Shown in pieces: positions 10,344 to 19,644 of a stretch of DNA of 64,000 bases. This DNA is from Treponema sp. GTDB lineage: Bacteria > Spirochaetota > Spirochaetia > Treponematales > Treponemataceae. The stretch covers positions 11,613-75,612 of the forward strand of contig JAILIC010000146.1 in NCBI GenBank assembly GCA_024695475.1, read 5' to 3'. The notes below the pieces were generated by a model that was not told the origin of the DNA, did not search any database, and saw nothing but the letters and a program-made list of their open reading frames with translations. Both the position numbers and the translations under genes were made by a program. How positions within the stretch are numbered: the first letter of the stretch is position 1; the number at the start of each line of letters is the position of its first letter.

Positions 10344-10928
10344 ATGCCTATTTGGGAAATCATTTTATTAGGGCTCGCCCTCTCAATGGATGCTTTTGCT
10401 GTCAGTATTTCTGACGGCATGAGCATGCCTCGTATTTCTATTCCTCATGCATTAACCATATCCGGAACTTTTGGCATTTACCAAGCTATAATGCCTACCA
10501 TAGGTTATTTTTGTTGTTCCTTTTTTCAAAAACAAATCGAATCTATCGATCATTGGATAGCACTCATACTACTTTGTTTTCTTGGGATAAAAGCTATCAT
10601 AGATAGCATAAAAGAAATAAAAACTCATAAAGACGAGTCTTCTCCCTCAGAAAACTCTGTTTACACACTCACGTTTAAAACCTTAATGATTCAAGGAATT
10701 GCGACAAGCATCGATGCACTTGCCGTCGGTATCAGCCTTGTTGCTATTGCTGTTCCAATTTATAAAGCAGCACTCATTATTGGGTGTACAACCTGCATCG
10801 TTTGTACACCAGCAGTTTTTTTAGGTAAACATACTGGTGTTTTACTCGGTGAAAAAGCACAAATAGTTGGTGGCAGTATCCTCATTGCTATAGGAATCAA
10901 GATATTTATTGAGCATATGTGGTTTTAA
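10344..10928 (+). CDS. mntP: manganese efflux pump MntP
   Basis: Two DUF204 repeats with LSMDAFAVSISDG and TSIDALAVGISL. Six hydrophobic helices, 194 aa. Confidence 0.88.
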   Translation: MPIWEIILLGLALSMDAFAVSISDGMSMPRISIPHALTISGTFGIYQAIMPTIGYFCCSFFQKQIESIDHWIALILLCFLGIKAIIDSIKEIKTHKDESSPSENSVYTLTFKTLMIQGIATSIDALAVGISLVAIAVPIYKAALIIGCTTCIVCTPAVFLGKHTGVLLGEKAQIVGGSILIAIGIKIFIEHMWF

Positions 10929-10951
10929 CCAGGCAATCCTAGAACCAGTCT

Positions 10952-10985
10952 AAAAAACGGTGGTAGTATTTTATTACTACCACCG
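10952..10985 (-). terminator. rho-independent terminator for the 10993..12237 lipoprotein gene
   Basis: Hairpin CGGTGGTAGTA-loop-TACTACCACCG (10958-10985). On the minus strand it is followed by a T6 run (A-run 10952-10957 on plus). Confidence 0.7.
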
Positions 10986-10992
10986 CCGCATA

Positions 10993-12237
10993 CTATTTAA
11001 CTAAAAAGAGGCATTTTTCACCTTCTTCTCGTAAAAGCGATACCACTACATAGGCTGTTCTGGTAGTCTCATCATAAAAGCTATTTTTTACTGTATACGG
11101 TATAGGTATTTGAGAAAAACTGTCCATTGAGCGGAAAAACCGTGACTCAGATTGCGAAGCCTCTCCCTGTGTTTGGGTCATTTGTGATTCTGAGCGAGTT
11201 GCCACTTTTTGGACAAGAGCTGATCGTATCTGACTTGCAGCAGTAATTTCCGCAATTTTGAGTGCCGTTGCACTATCATCATGAGTTTTACGAGCTGAGC
11301 CATATAAATACAGATCATCATTCATGATAAAATCAGAGTACCACTCTGGGGGAGTACCCTTTAGGGTAAGAGCCCCTTGAGAGGCTCTTTTTTGGAATGC
11401 ACTTTTTACCGTAGATTCATTTGACTGCGCTTTTGTAATCTGGCTCATATTTTCAGTGCCACGAACACCTGAATAGGTAATCGTTTCTGACTCACCAGAC
11501 TGTCCTGTACCGTATGACTGTGTAATCGTCTGTAACTGAATCGAGCCACTTGGCGTCACCTTTCCAGAGCTTTCATTTGTACTTGAAACCAGCATTTCAG
11601 AAAGCCCTCGTATGCCAGATCGCACCGTCATTTCAAAACCAGTGTGTATCGATCCATCAGCGTTGACAATCGTAGGCCAGGTAGTAAAATCATCATCTTG
11701 TTTATCTTGGTATTCCCAAATATACAGTCCGTTTTCAATGGTAACATTTTGTTTACGCTCAGTACCATTATCTACTAAAACAAAATTGCCATCATACGCT
11801 TTAGAGGCACGTGCAGCATCTGCAGAATACAGGAGCGTTCCATTAATGGTAATCCGTACCACCTGACCGTTTTCTTCATAATACCCCTGAAAGAAAAAAT
11901 CACCATTTGTATCATACGTACCGTTGATAGATGGATTATCTGGGCTCGAAACTTGCCCATCAGGAGCTATCGAAATAAGGATGCCCGTCTCAGGCTCAAC
12001 AAAGGTTCCATCTTGGATATAGACTGCGTTTCCCCATGATTTTTTGAGTATATTTTGATAGGCGTCCATACCATAGCTTTGAAAAGTATACGCATATTCA
12101 ACACAGTCAACATAGCGCTCAAAATCATAGGAATACACACCGTCAAGCGACGGAGCCTCCCGAGGGACAGAAGCACAGGAGATAAAAAGTACTACAGTGA
12201 GTACAGAAAAAAGTAATGTCATAAGCTGTTTTTTCAT
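10993..12237 (-). CDS. lipoprotein with C-terminal LPP20-like module, unknown function
   Basis: Track ORF extends to 12288. Preferred start is ATG 12237 (MKKQLMTLLFSVLTVVLFISCAS, lipobox FISC) after AAGGAAA. Beta-rich, Ser/Thr/Gln-rich centre. C-terminus PEWYSDF..LYLYGSA....ATALKIAEITAASQIRSALVQKV resembles LPP20-family lipoproteins (from memory). Confidence 0.6.
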   Translation of the reverse strand: MKKQLMTLLFSVLTVVLFISCASVPREAPSLDGVYSYDFERYVDCVEYAYTFQSYGMDAYQNILKKSWGNAVYIQDGTFVEPETGILISIAPDGQVSSPDNPSINGTYDTNGDFFFQGYYEENGQVVRITINGTLLYSADAARASKAYDGNFVLVDNGTERKQNVTIENGLYIWEYQDKQDDDFTTWPTIVNADGSIHTGFEMTVRSGIRGLSEMLVSSTNESSGKVTPSGSIQLQTITQSYGTGQSGESETITYSGVRGTENMSQITKAQSNESTVKSAFQKRASQGALTLKGTPPEWYSDFIMNDDLYLYGSARKTHDDSATALKIAEITAASQIRSALVQKVATRSESQMTQTQGEASQSESRFFRSMDSFSQIPIPYTVKNSFYDETTRTAYVVVSLLREEGEKCLFLVK

Positions 12238-12319
12238 ATCCATTTTCCTTATAGTCTCTATAACAACACAGTATGTAAAACAAAACAAGGGGCAGTCTCA
12301 GCCCCTTGTACTCATGCTT

Positions 12320-13249
12320 TTATAACAACTGATATATACTGATTGTAGCCACACCCTGATACTCATAAGTACTTTCTATCGTAAAGGCAGGTCTATATTC
12401 GGTTATAACAAACTCATCGATTTCAAAACAAAGATTGCGCCAATGATTACCCGTATCTTTTTCGATGTTTGCAGTATACTTGTTTCCGTTATAGGTAAGC
12501 ACAAGCTCTTTATTGTCTGTATTAACATCTGTTCGTATAACGATGAGTGTCTTACGGTTTTTAATACTATTTTTTATGCTAAAACTCATCGAGCCATTTT
12601 TAAACTTTTGAACGGTATCATATACTAAAGTGCCATCTGGATAGTAAGCAGAATCTTTACCTCTTACTTGTCGAGTTCCCTCTGCAAACGTAATTCTATG
12701 GCTCTCTATAGACTCCTGTGAGCCAAAACTAATCTTATCAACAAGTGTCATTTTATCTTTGCCCCATAGTAATACACGAGGTAAATCGTATGACATTTCT
12801 GCAATTGACTGTTTATAATCAATGACTTTTGCTTGAGCTCTCGGTTTTTCTATACTTGCTACAACTTGAACAAGAACATATGCTCCTCCATTGGCAAGCG
12901 AATCATCATACCGCCATTTTGCTAGGACAGGAGTCTTTTCAAGAGCTTTTGTCTCTTTGTGGGACTTTAGATATGTAGTCAGCTTTTCAGCAGCGACCTT
13001 TTCTGCTGCAGTACGAGCGTCTTCCAAAGACTGAACAGTATCCGATATTTTTACATTTGCACATGCAGAAAAGGTCTTGTCGATAAATGGCACCCAGTCT
13101 CCATTTGCATTTTTACGTGTTATTTCATGCTCATCAACAGTTATGTCCTGTGTAAACCATGAAGGCTCACCATCACCAAAATCTTCACTAAACAAAGGAG
13201 CTGCTAACACTGCTCCCAAAGCTATAATCGATAAAAATAGTTTTTTCAT
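12320..13249 (-). CDS. secreted protein, unknown function (N-terminal LPP20-like segment)
   Basis: Preferred start is ATG 13249 (MKKLFLSIIALGAVLAAPLFSE, cleavable signal peptide), 6 nt after GAGGAAA. PSWFTQD...SLEDARTAAEKVAAEKLTTYL followed by a beta-rich C-terminal domain. Confidence 0.55.
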   Translation of the reverse strand: MKKLFLSIIALGAVLAAPLFSEDFGDGEPSWFTQDITVDEHEITRKNANGDWVPFIDKTFSACANVKISDTVQSLEDARTAAEKVAAEKLTTYLKSHKETKALEKTPVLAKWRYDDSLANGGAYVLVQVVASIEKPRAQAKVIDYKQSIAEMSYDLPRVLLWGKDKMTLVDKISFGSQESIESHRITFAEGTRQVRGKDSAYYPDGTLVYDTVQKFKNGSMSFSIKNSIKNRKTLIVIRTDVNTDNKELVLTYNGNKYTANIEKDTGNHWRNLCFEIDEFVITEYRPAFTIESTYEYQGVATISIYQLL

Positions 13250-13279
13250 TGTAAATTTCCTCATAGTACTGTTTATTAC

Positions 13280-14347
13280 TTATTTAAAAGCCTCTTCGCC
13301 AAAGCGCTCAATCATTTTTTCTTTATTTTCTAGATGCGTTCCAAAGAATGTACGTTTACCGACCGTCACCGTGTCACTCATAATAGAAATCGTTGTAAGC
13401 TTTGTACAGGCAGAAAAAGCAAAGTCTCCAATCTTTTCTACAGAAGAAGGTATCGTTATAACTGATAGGGATTCACAGGAAGTAAAGCTTTTACCAATTT
13501 CTTTAACACCTTTACCGATCCGCACATTTGTCAGTCGCTTACATCCCTGAAACAAATTATTTGGCAGCACTTCTATGGTGCCAGGGATTTCTGCACTCTC
13601 AAGATTCATACACTGGCAGAATGCGCCCTCGCCAATTACTTTGACCGTAGAGGGTATTGAAATTCCTTTTAATCCGCTACAATTTGCAAAAGCATCTTTT
13701 TGGATTTCTTTTACATTCTTATGAAACACAACATTTTTTACACAGGTTTGTCTAAACGCAGCTTGCCCAATTACGGTAACATCTTCTGGAATGATTACTT
13801 CTGGATCGCTACCATTATACTGCTCGAGAACACCATTATGCCGTACAAATTTCATGTTATATAAATTATCTGCACGTTTTTTTGCTTCAAGAGCAGCTCT
13901 CTCTTCCCGGGCCTTCTGAATTGCAGGAAGTTGTACATTCCATTGTGCAAGGACATCAGTTTCGTTTTTTGAGCGAGCTGTTGCATAATCAGACTTTGCC
14001 AGTTTTTCAATAAGAATTTCACTATCGACAAAATCAAGATTTGCAAAGTCACCGGAAAAACATCTTATAATTCCCCACCAGCCTTTGTAAAATTTGGGAT
14101 AAAAGTATGCCAGAGAACGATAATACCAAAAAGCATCCTCTGTATTTCCAGAGTCATAAAGATAATCTGCCTTGTATTCTGCATAAGCTTTATAAGAGTG
14201 ATATGCAGTATCCCAATAGAAATAGACAAGATCAGACTCATCATACGTTTCATCGTATGAGCTTTCGTCACAAAATAGATTCACTGTAGCCATAGTAAAT
14301 ACTAAAGTTGCAAGCCACAATGATTTTTTTAAATGTCTAAAAAGCAT
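13280..14347 (-). CDS. BspA-type leucine-rich-repeat (LRR_5) protein with Tyr/Trp-rich N-terminal region
   Basis: Preferred start is ATG 14347, 8 nt after GGAGG (MLFRHLKKSLWLATLVFTMATVNLF). Repeats of about 23 aa: IPEDVTVIGQAAFRQTCVKNVVF, VKEIQKDAFANCSGLKGISIPSTVKVIGEGAFCQCMNLESAEIPGTIEVLPNNLFQGCKRLTNVRIGKGVKEIGKSFTSCESLSVITIPSSVEKIGDFAFSACTKLTTISI. Confidence 0.8.
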   Translation of the reverse strand: MLFRHLKKSLWLATLVFTMATVNLFCDESSYDETYDESDLVYFYWDTAYHSYKAYAEYKADYLYDSGNTEDAFWYYRSLAYFYPKFYKGWWGIIRCFSGDFANLDFVDSEILIEKLAKSDYATARSKNETDVLAQWNVQLPAIQKAREERAALEAKKRADNLYNMKFVRHNGVLEQYNGSDPEVIIPEDVTVIGQAAFRQTCVKNVVFHKNVKEIQKDAFANCSGLKGISIPSTVKVIGEGAFCQCMNLESAEIPGTIEVLPNNLFQGCKRLTNVRIGKGVKEIGKSFTSCESLSVITIPSSVEKIGDFAFSACTKLTTISIMSDTVTVGKRTFFGTHLENKEKMIERFGEEAFK

Positions 14348-14456
14348 TATTTTTACCTCCTGATTTGCACAACATAACATTTTATCCATTAGTAATACAA
14401 GAGGCACAGTCTCAATAAACTAGGAAAACTAATCGATACAGGGAAATTCTTTCGTT

Positions 14457-15302
14457 TTAGCTTACTGTTTTTTCATTATGCTCAATTGCTTCTAAGGAAT
14501 CTGTTTTTACGCCAGTATTAATATAATCAGAAAACATACGTAACCAATCCGGACTAACCTGCATAAATTCCTGTATCAATAAATCATCTTTATTAGAAAC
14601 AAATAGATGATTATTATCAATTTTAATCTTTAACGTAATTATCTTATCTTCTTTATTAATTGTAAGGTTTGGAATATTTTCATCCATCAGATTTATCTGT
14701 AAAAAACGTTTACATGGACTGCACTTTACTATGTATATACCATTCACATTTTTTACTTCAAAAATTCTTAAATAATATTCACTATTATTAATGTTACAAT
14801 TTAAAAATGAATTCCCCATTTCAAATAAGGGAAGTGTAACAAAAAAGTCCTCAATACCTATTGGATAATCTCTACAAAAACGAGACACTTTTTGAATTGC
14901 CTCTATTGGATTAGCGGAATTTACTATTACATTTGAATATACTGAAGTCCATATATATTTCTCAGTAAAATAACTTGTAAAATGAATGTCACTGTCATTT
15001 AATAGTATATCTGAATCCAGTAACCAGCCATCTTTATATTTTATCAGATTTTGCTTTCCCAAATATTCCCCATTATCATACATTAAAATTTCTGCAAAGC
15101 CATTTGATTTAAAAACTTCAGTTTTCTTTATTGTCCCTATAACATTAAAGTTCTTGTCGTATATATTTGTCTTTTCTTTGACAATATAGTCTTTTTCTTG
15201 CTCATCAAGAAAGAAACCAGATAAATCAGTAAACGAATATTCAAAAGCAGTAATTCTAAATATACAAAATAGTACAAAAACAGAAATAACTATTTTCTTC
15301 AT
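14457..15302 (-). CDS. secreted protein, unknown function (AT-rich gene)
   Basis: Preferred start is ATG 15302 (MKKIVISVFVLFCIFRITAFE) after GGAGAGGGTGG. No motif recognised. Asn/Ile/Lys-rich composition. Confidence 0.55.
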   Translation of the reverse strand: MKKIVISVFVLFCIFRITAFEYSFTDLSGFFLDEQEKDYIVKEKTNIYDKNFNVIGTIKKTEVFKSNGFAEILMYDNGEYLGKQNLIKYKDGWLLDSDILLNDSDIHFTSYFTEKYIWTSVYSNVIVNSANPIEAIQKVSRFCRDYPIGIEDFFVTLPLFEMGNSFLNCNINNSEYYLRIFEVKNVNGIYIVKCSPCKRFLQINLMDENIPNLTINKEDKIITLKIKIDNNHLFVSNKDDLLIQEFMQVSPDWLRMFSDYINTGVKTDSLEAIEHNEKTVS

Positions 15303-15351
15303 TTTGACCACCCTCTCCAAATAGTATTAAGGTTTTCATTTTCAAAAGAAT

Positions 15352-16101
15352 TTATCGTGTACGCATTTGAATTTCCCATTGTTGTTTTACAAGATCCTCC
15401 ATTTCAGAGGAGCCAGTACGTTCTGTCGTTTCGGTAGCAAGTTTTAATGAATCCTCATCCAGAATTGCACCATTATTAAGTAATAAAGTTGCAAGTTTTA
15501 TTGCATTATATTTTATTGCATTATTTATTGGAAGTTTTCCATGCTTTTTGAAATAACGAAGATAGTTCCAATCAGTGGCAGGAATAAGAACTTTTTCTCC
15601 TCCAATCCATTTTAAATTTGGGTCAGCTCCATTATTCAAAAGAATTGTTACAACTTCTAAAAGGGATTCTTCAAGACCAATGATTGCGTATCCTTCCTTC
15701 TTCCATTCATTATACTGCTCTTTAGAAGTTGCAATTCTACCTGCTATAGCTTTTGCTATATATGGCCTTTTTTTTACGTCTGCTCCATAAGAAATAAATA
15801 GCTCTAATAATCTCTTATTTGCGCAAACTTTCCATAATGGATTTGTGTCTATCCATTTGAATTGTCCAACTTTTGAATTAGGATCTGCACCCTTTTTCAG
15901 CAGTTCCTCAACTTCTCGATAGCATTCATCATCATCCGTGGTTAAAAGTGCCAATTCCATCTGATACTCAAGAGAAGATTCGTCTACGCTATAAGTTTTT
16001 GAGGTAAAACCAAAGCCTGGTGTCGGACTTCTAAACATTTTTCGTCCGCCACATGATATAAATAATAAATCTATGATTAAAATAAGCAATACTATCTTCA
16101 T
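15352..16101 (-). CDS. ankyrin-repeat lipoprotein
   Basis: MKIVLLILIIDLLFISCGG (lipobox ISCG). Ankyrin signatures LLKKGADPNSK, LFISYGADVKK, LLNNGADPNLK, LLLNNGAILD. Confidence 0.8.
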   Translation of the reverse strand: MKIVLLILIIDLLFISCGGRKMFRSPTPGFGFTSKTYSVDESSLEYQMELALLTTDDDECYREVEELLKKGADPNSKVGQFKWIDTNPLWKVCANKRLLELFISYGADVKKRPYIAKAIAGRIATSKEQYNEWKKEGYAIIGLEESLLEVVTILLNNGADPNLKWIGGEKVLIPATDWNYLRYFKKHGKLPINNAIKYNAIKLATLLLNNGAILDEDSLKLATETTERTGSSEMEDLVKQQWEIQMRTR

Positions 16102-16234
16102 TTTTTGACTCTTTACCTATTACCTGATGCATAGCAAACAATAGCAATTAATTAGTATATAAATAACTTAAAAACCATGCACCTCTCCCATGTTCTCTAT
16201 ACTCTACATTACTTTCTTCATATATCTTTCACAA

Positions 16235-16370
16235 GCCCAGGGGGGCAGGTAACAGTTGATGTGTGACCCTGGGATAGCCATGTGTGTGATGCTGGGTTAG
16301 CGATGTGTGTGACCATGGGTAAGCCATGTGTGTGACCGTGGGTCAGTCTACCCCAGAGGGTCTGGGTGAC
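16235..16370. repeat. GC-rich structured element: four tandem units of about 23 nt between CCCAG-type caps
   Basis: GCCCAGGGGGGCAGG..[GATGTGTGACCCTGGGATAGCC][ATGTGTGTGATGCTGGGTTAGCG][ATGTGTGTGACCATGGGTAAGCC][ATGTGTGTGACCGTGGGTCAGTC]TACCCCAGAGGGTCTGGG. The 3' cap CCCAGA-GGG-TCTGGG is a hairpin. No ORF. Confidence 0.9.
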
Positions 16371-16400
16371 ATTGTACTACAGATCAATTACTCACACCCT

Positions 16401-16442
16401 ATAAAAAAAGGCTTGATTCCCTTATCAGAAACCAAGCCTTTT
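16401..16442 (-). terminator. rho-independent terminator of the mglBAC operon
   Basis: Hairpin AAAGGCTTG (16407-16415) / CAAGCCTTT (16433-16441). On the minus strand it is followed by a T7 run. Lies 23 nt after the mglC stop. Confidence 0.75.
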
Positions 16443-16464
16443 AATTTACTAACAGTGTAACAAA

Positions 16465-18135
16465 CTATTTACGTTTCAGATACTTAACACAGTCAAGAGA
16501 AACAGCAGCCAAAATAATCAAGCCCTTAAATACAAACTGCAAGTTGGTATCAATACCCAAGAAGGTGAGACAATAAGTCAAACCAGTAAAGATAATAACA
16601 CCAAGTACTGCTCCTCCAATCTTTCCAATACCGCCATTAAATGAGATACCACCGACAACACAAGCAGCAATAGCATCCATTTCATAGCCCTGACCAGTGC
16701 CGGCACTCGCATTAGCCTTAAATGCCTCAAAGAAAGCACCAAAACCGTAGAAAATACCAGCCATTATAAATACACGGAGCGTAACCCAGAATACGCTGAT
16801 ACCACTAACACTAGCAGCCTCAGCATTACCACCGACAGCATACATGTTTTTACCAAAGGTAGTCTTATTCCAAACAAACCAAGCAATAATAATTGCAATA
16901 ACCGCAGGAATAATCAATTTAGGGAAGGTAATCAGATCATCACCAACATATCCCAAAATCCAGCGACCACCAAGCAAATCTTTAATTTTACCATCAATAG
17001 AACCTACTGGTGTTCCACTTGTTCCAAAGAACAACAAACCGTAAATGATAAGCTGTGTTGCCAATGTTGAAATAAACGGATGCATTTTGAAATATGCAGA
17101 GAAGAAACCTGCAATTGCAGTAAACAAAGAACAGAGCACAACAGACAAAAATACTGACAGTAAAACACGGCTGAGCATTGGGAGTGCCGTAAAATCCCAA
17201 GGACCAAGACCGAGGAATGTAACAATATTGGTACCTGGATGAAGAATCAAACCAGTACAAACAGCACCCATAGCAACCATACGTCCAACGCTCAAATCGG
17301 TACCTGCAAGCAAAATCAAACCTGCAACACCCAAAGCATAGAACATACGGACAGAAGACTGTTCAAGAATTGTTAAGATATTTGGTAATGATAACAAATT
17401 ACCGTTACCAGAAATTGGTGCAAGAATAATACATACGATAAAGAAAATCAAAATGGCAATGTACAGACCATTTGCCAAAAAGAATTTCTGTGGCGTAAAC
17501 TGGTATGCATAGTTTTTCAAGCCAAGCTGAAAATCTTCGCCAAAGTTAGTCTTACTGTTACGTAAGCTAATGTTCTTCTGTACGTGATCAACAAAAGCCT
17601 GGTGAATAGCTGTCTTACAGCGATACAATCCATTGTTATAGTGACTCTTAGCATCAGCCAAAGCAGATTTTACTTCAAACTTATGTGCAGCAAGATCTTC
17701 CTTGAGTGTATCTGACTTACTATTTACAATTTCCTGTTCTTTGCGCTGGCCATCAGCAACAATTTTTGCAACAGCCTCTTCATAGTCTTTTTTACAAACA
17801 GCAGCTTCTTTATCAGCAACTTCTTTTACCTGAGCCTGATAATTCTTTGCCAAGCCGTTTGCATAAGCAACTGCTTCTTTGGTCAGTCGTTTATCTTCTG
17901 CCTTATTAGCAGCAGCAATTTCCTGAGCTTTTACAATCTGCTCTTTGTAATTATTAATAATCTTAACGCGAGTCTCAGCATCAAGCATCTTGTTCTTTTT
18001 TGCAGCAGCAATAGCCTGACGCAGTTCCGTAACCTTATTAACACCATCTTTGCGAAGCTCATTCAGCTTTTCGCTATATTCGACAAGTTTAGAATCATCA
18101 TCAAATGATTTAAGTTCATCCAACTGATTTGCCAT
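16465..18135 (-). CDS. mglC: galactose/methyl-galactoside ABC transporter permease MglC with an N-terminal coiled-coil extension of about 215 aa
   Basis: The C-terminal part of about 340 aa is a typical RbsC/MglC permease (LSVGRMVAMGAV, AVGGNAEAASVSGI, GGISFNGGIGKIGG). The N-terminus MANQLDELK... is Lys/Ala/Glu-rich and helical. ATG 18135 lies 7 nt after GAGG, so the extension appears to be translated. Confidence 0.88.
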   Translation of the reverse strand: MANQLDELKSFDDDSKLVEYSEKLNELRKDGVNKVTELRQAIAAAKKNKMLDAETRVKIINNYKEQIVKAQEIAAANKAEDKRLTKEAVAYANGLAKNYQAQVKEVADKEAAVCKKDYEEAVAKIVADGQRKEQEIVNSKSDTLKEDLAAHKFEVKSALADAKSHYNNGLYRCKTAIHQAFVDHVQKNISLRNSKTNFGEDFQLGLKNYAYQFTPQKFFLANGLYIAILIFFIVCIILAPISGNGNLLSLPNILTILEQSSVRMFYALGVAGLILLAGTDLSVGRMVAMGAVCTGLILHPGTNIVTFLGLGPWDFTALPMLSRVLLSVFLSVVLCSLFTAIAGFFSAYFKMHPFISTLATQLIIYGLLFFGTSGTPVGSIDGKIKDLLGGRWILGYVGDDLITFPKLIIPAVIAIIIAWFVWNKTTFGKNMYAVGGNAEAASVSGISVFWVTLRVFIMAGIFYGFGAFFEAFKANASAGTGQGYEMDAIAACVVGGISFNGGIGKIGGAVLGVIIFTGLTYCLTFLGIDTNLQFVFKGLIILAAVSLDCVKYLKRK

Positions 18136-18147
18136 AATCGTACCTCA

Positions 18148-19644
18148 TTACAAATATTTAGCTGAAAGTCTCAGCAATGCTTCCTGATCGGTATCTTTTG
18201 TATCAACAATACCAGCAAGCCGATGATTTGACATAACAGCGATTCGGTTAGTAATACCAAGAATTTCCGGCATTTCGCTGGAAACAACAATGATTGTTTT
18301 ACCTTGTTTTGCCATATTGATAATCAGCTGGTAAATCTCGTATTTAGCACCAACATCAATACCACGAGTAGGTTCATCCATAAGGAAGATATCTGGTGAA
18401 CGCTCCAGCCATTTACCAAAGATAACTTTCTGTTGGTTACCACCACTCAAGGCTGTTATCAACTCATCAGAAGAAACACATTTGGTATTCATAATTTTAA
18501 TTTCTCGATCGGCTGCTTCCTGCATCTTACGATTTGACAAAACACCAAACGTTTTATATCCGTTGAGGTTAGTAATAACCGTATTGAATTTTATCGTATC
18601 CTTGCCAAACATACCGTTAAGCTTTCGCTCTTCGGTAATAAGGGCAAAGTTATAATCCATAGCTTCTTTACAGTTCTTAAAATGCAGTTTTTTGCCATCA
18701 AGAATAAGTTCGCCGGACGAAATAGTACGAATACCAAAAATCGACTCCAATAACTCACTACGACCAGCACCAACCAGACCATATAAGCCAAAGATCTCAC
18801 CTTTACGTACAGTAAATGAAATATCTTTGAGGAAAGGTTCGTACTTTGTAGACAAACCACGTACTTCAAAATAGTCTCTTCCTGGTGTGTTATCAACATC
18901 AGGGAATCGTTTGTCCAGAGAGCGTCCGACCATTGCTGCTATCAGTTCATTCATTTCGGTTTCTTTGATTGATTTTGTAACAATCATTTTACCATCACGC
19001 AGAACTGATACTTCATCACAAACCTCGAAAATCTCATCCATCTTGTGGGATATATATACAAATGAAACGCCCTGCTTTTTGAGGTCGTTTACAATAGAAA
19101 ACAATTTTCTTACTTCCGGCTCAGTTAATGAAGAAGTCGGCTCATCAAGAACAATGATTTTAGCATTATATGAAACAGCTTTTGCAATTTCGACCATCTG
19201 TCGTTGTGAAACTGACATGGTACGCATAATAGTTTTTGGATTGACGTTCATTTTAAGAGAGTCAAACAGTGCAAGGCTATCTTTCATCATCTTAACTTCA
19301 TCAACAACACCAAATTGTGTTGGATAACGTCCTAAAAACAAATTGTCTATAACAGTTCTATCGAGACACTGGTTCAATTCCTGATGAACCATTGCAACAC
19401 CGCTCTCAAGAGCTTCTTTAGGACTTTTAAAATCTATTGGTTTTCCATTCAGTAAAATCTGACCTTCGTCTTTTGCATAGATACCAAACAAGCACTTCAT
19501 CATTGTCGATTTGCCAGCACCATTTTCGCCCATAAGACCCATAACGGTACCTTTTTTTACCGACAGATTGATGCCATCAAGAACTTTATTTTTTGCAAAA
19601 GATTTTGACAGACCTTTAATCTGAAGAACTATATCATTATCCAT
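18148..19644 (-). CDS. mglA: galactose/methyl-galactoside ABC transporter ATP-binding protein MglA (duplicated ABC domains)
   Basis: Track ORF extends to 19746. Preferred start is ATG 19644 (MDNDIVLQIKGLSKSF) after GGAGAG. Walker A GENGAGKST and GLVGAGRSE. Signatures MSVSQRQ and LSGGNQQK. Walker B IIVLDEPT and IFLMDEPT. Confidence 0.93.
   Translation of the reverse strand: MDNDIVLQIKGLSKSFAKNKVLDGINLSVKKGTVMGLMGENGAGKSTMMKCLFGIYAKDEGQILLNGKPIDFKSPKEALESGVAMVHQELNQCLDRTVIDNLFLGRYPTQFGVVDEVKMMKDSLALFDSLKMNVNPKTIMRTMSVSQRQMVEIAKAVSYNAKIIVLDEPTSSLTEPEVRKLFSIVNDLKKQGVSFVYISHKMDEIFEVCDEVSVLRDGKMIVTKSIKETEMNELIAAMVGRSLDKRFPDVDNTPGRDYFEVRGLSTKYEPFLKDISFTVRKGEIFGLYGLVGAGRSELLESIFGIRTISSGELILDGKKLHFKNCKEAMDYNFALITEERKLNGMFGKDTIKFNTVITNLNGYKTFGVLSNRKMQEAADREIKIMNTKCVSSDELITALSGGNQQKVIFGKWLERSPDIFLMDEPTRGIDVGAKYEIYQLIINMAKQGKTIIVVSSEMPEILGITNRIAVMSNHRLAGIVDTKDTDQEALLRLSAKYL

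Noticed and set aside
16258-16348. The tandem 23-nt repeats could be a CRISPR array
   Set aside because: The units are directly adjacent with no spacers, there are only 2 to 4 copies, and no cas genes are in the window. This is a satellite/REP-like element, not CRISPR.
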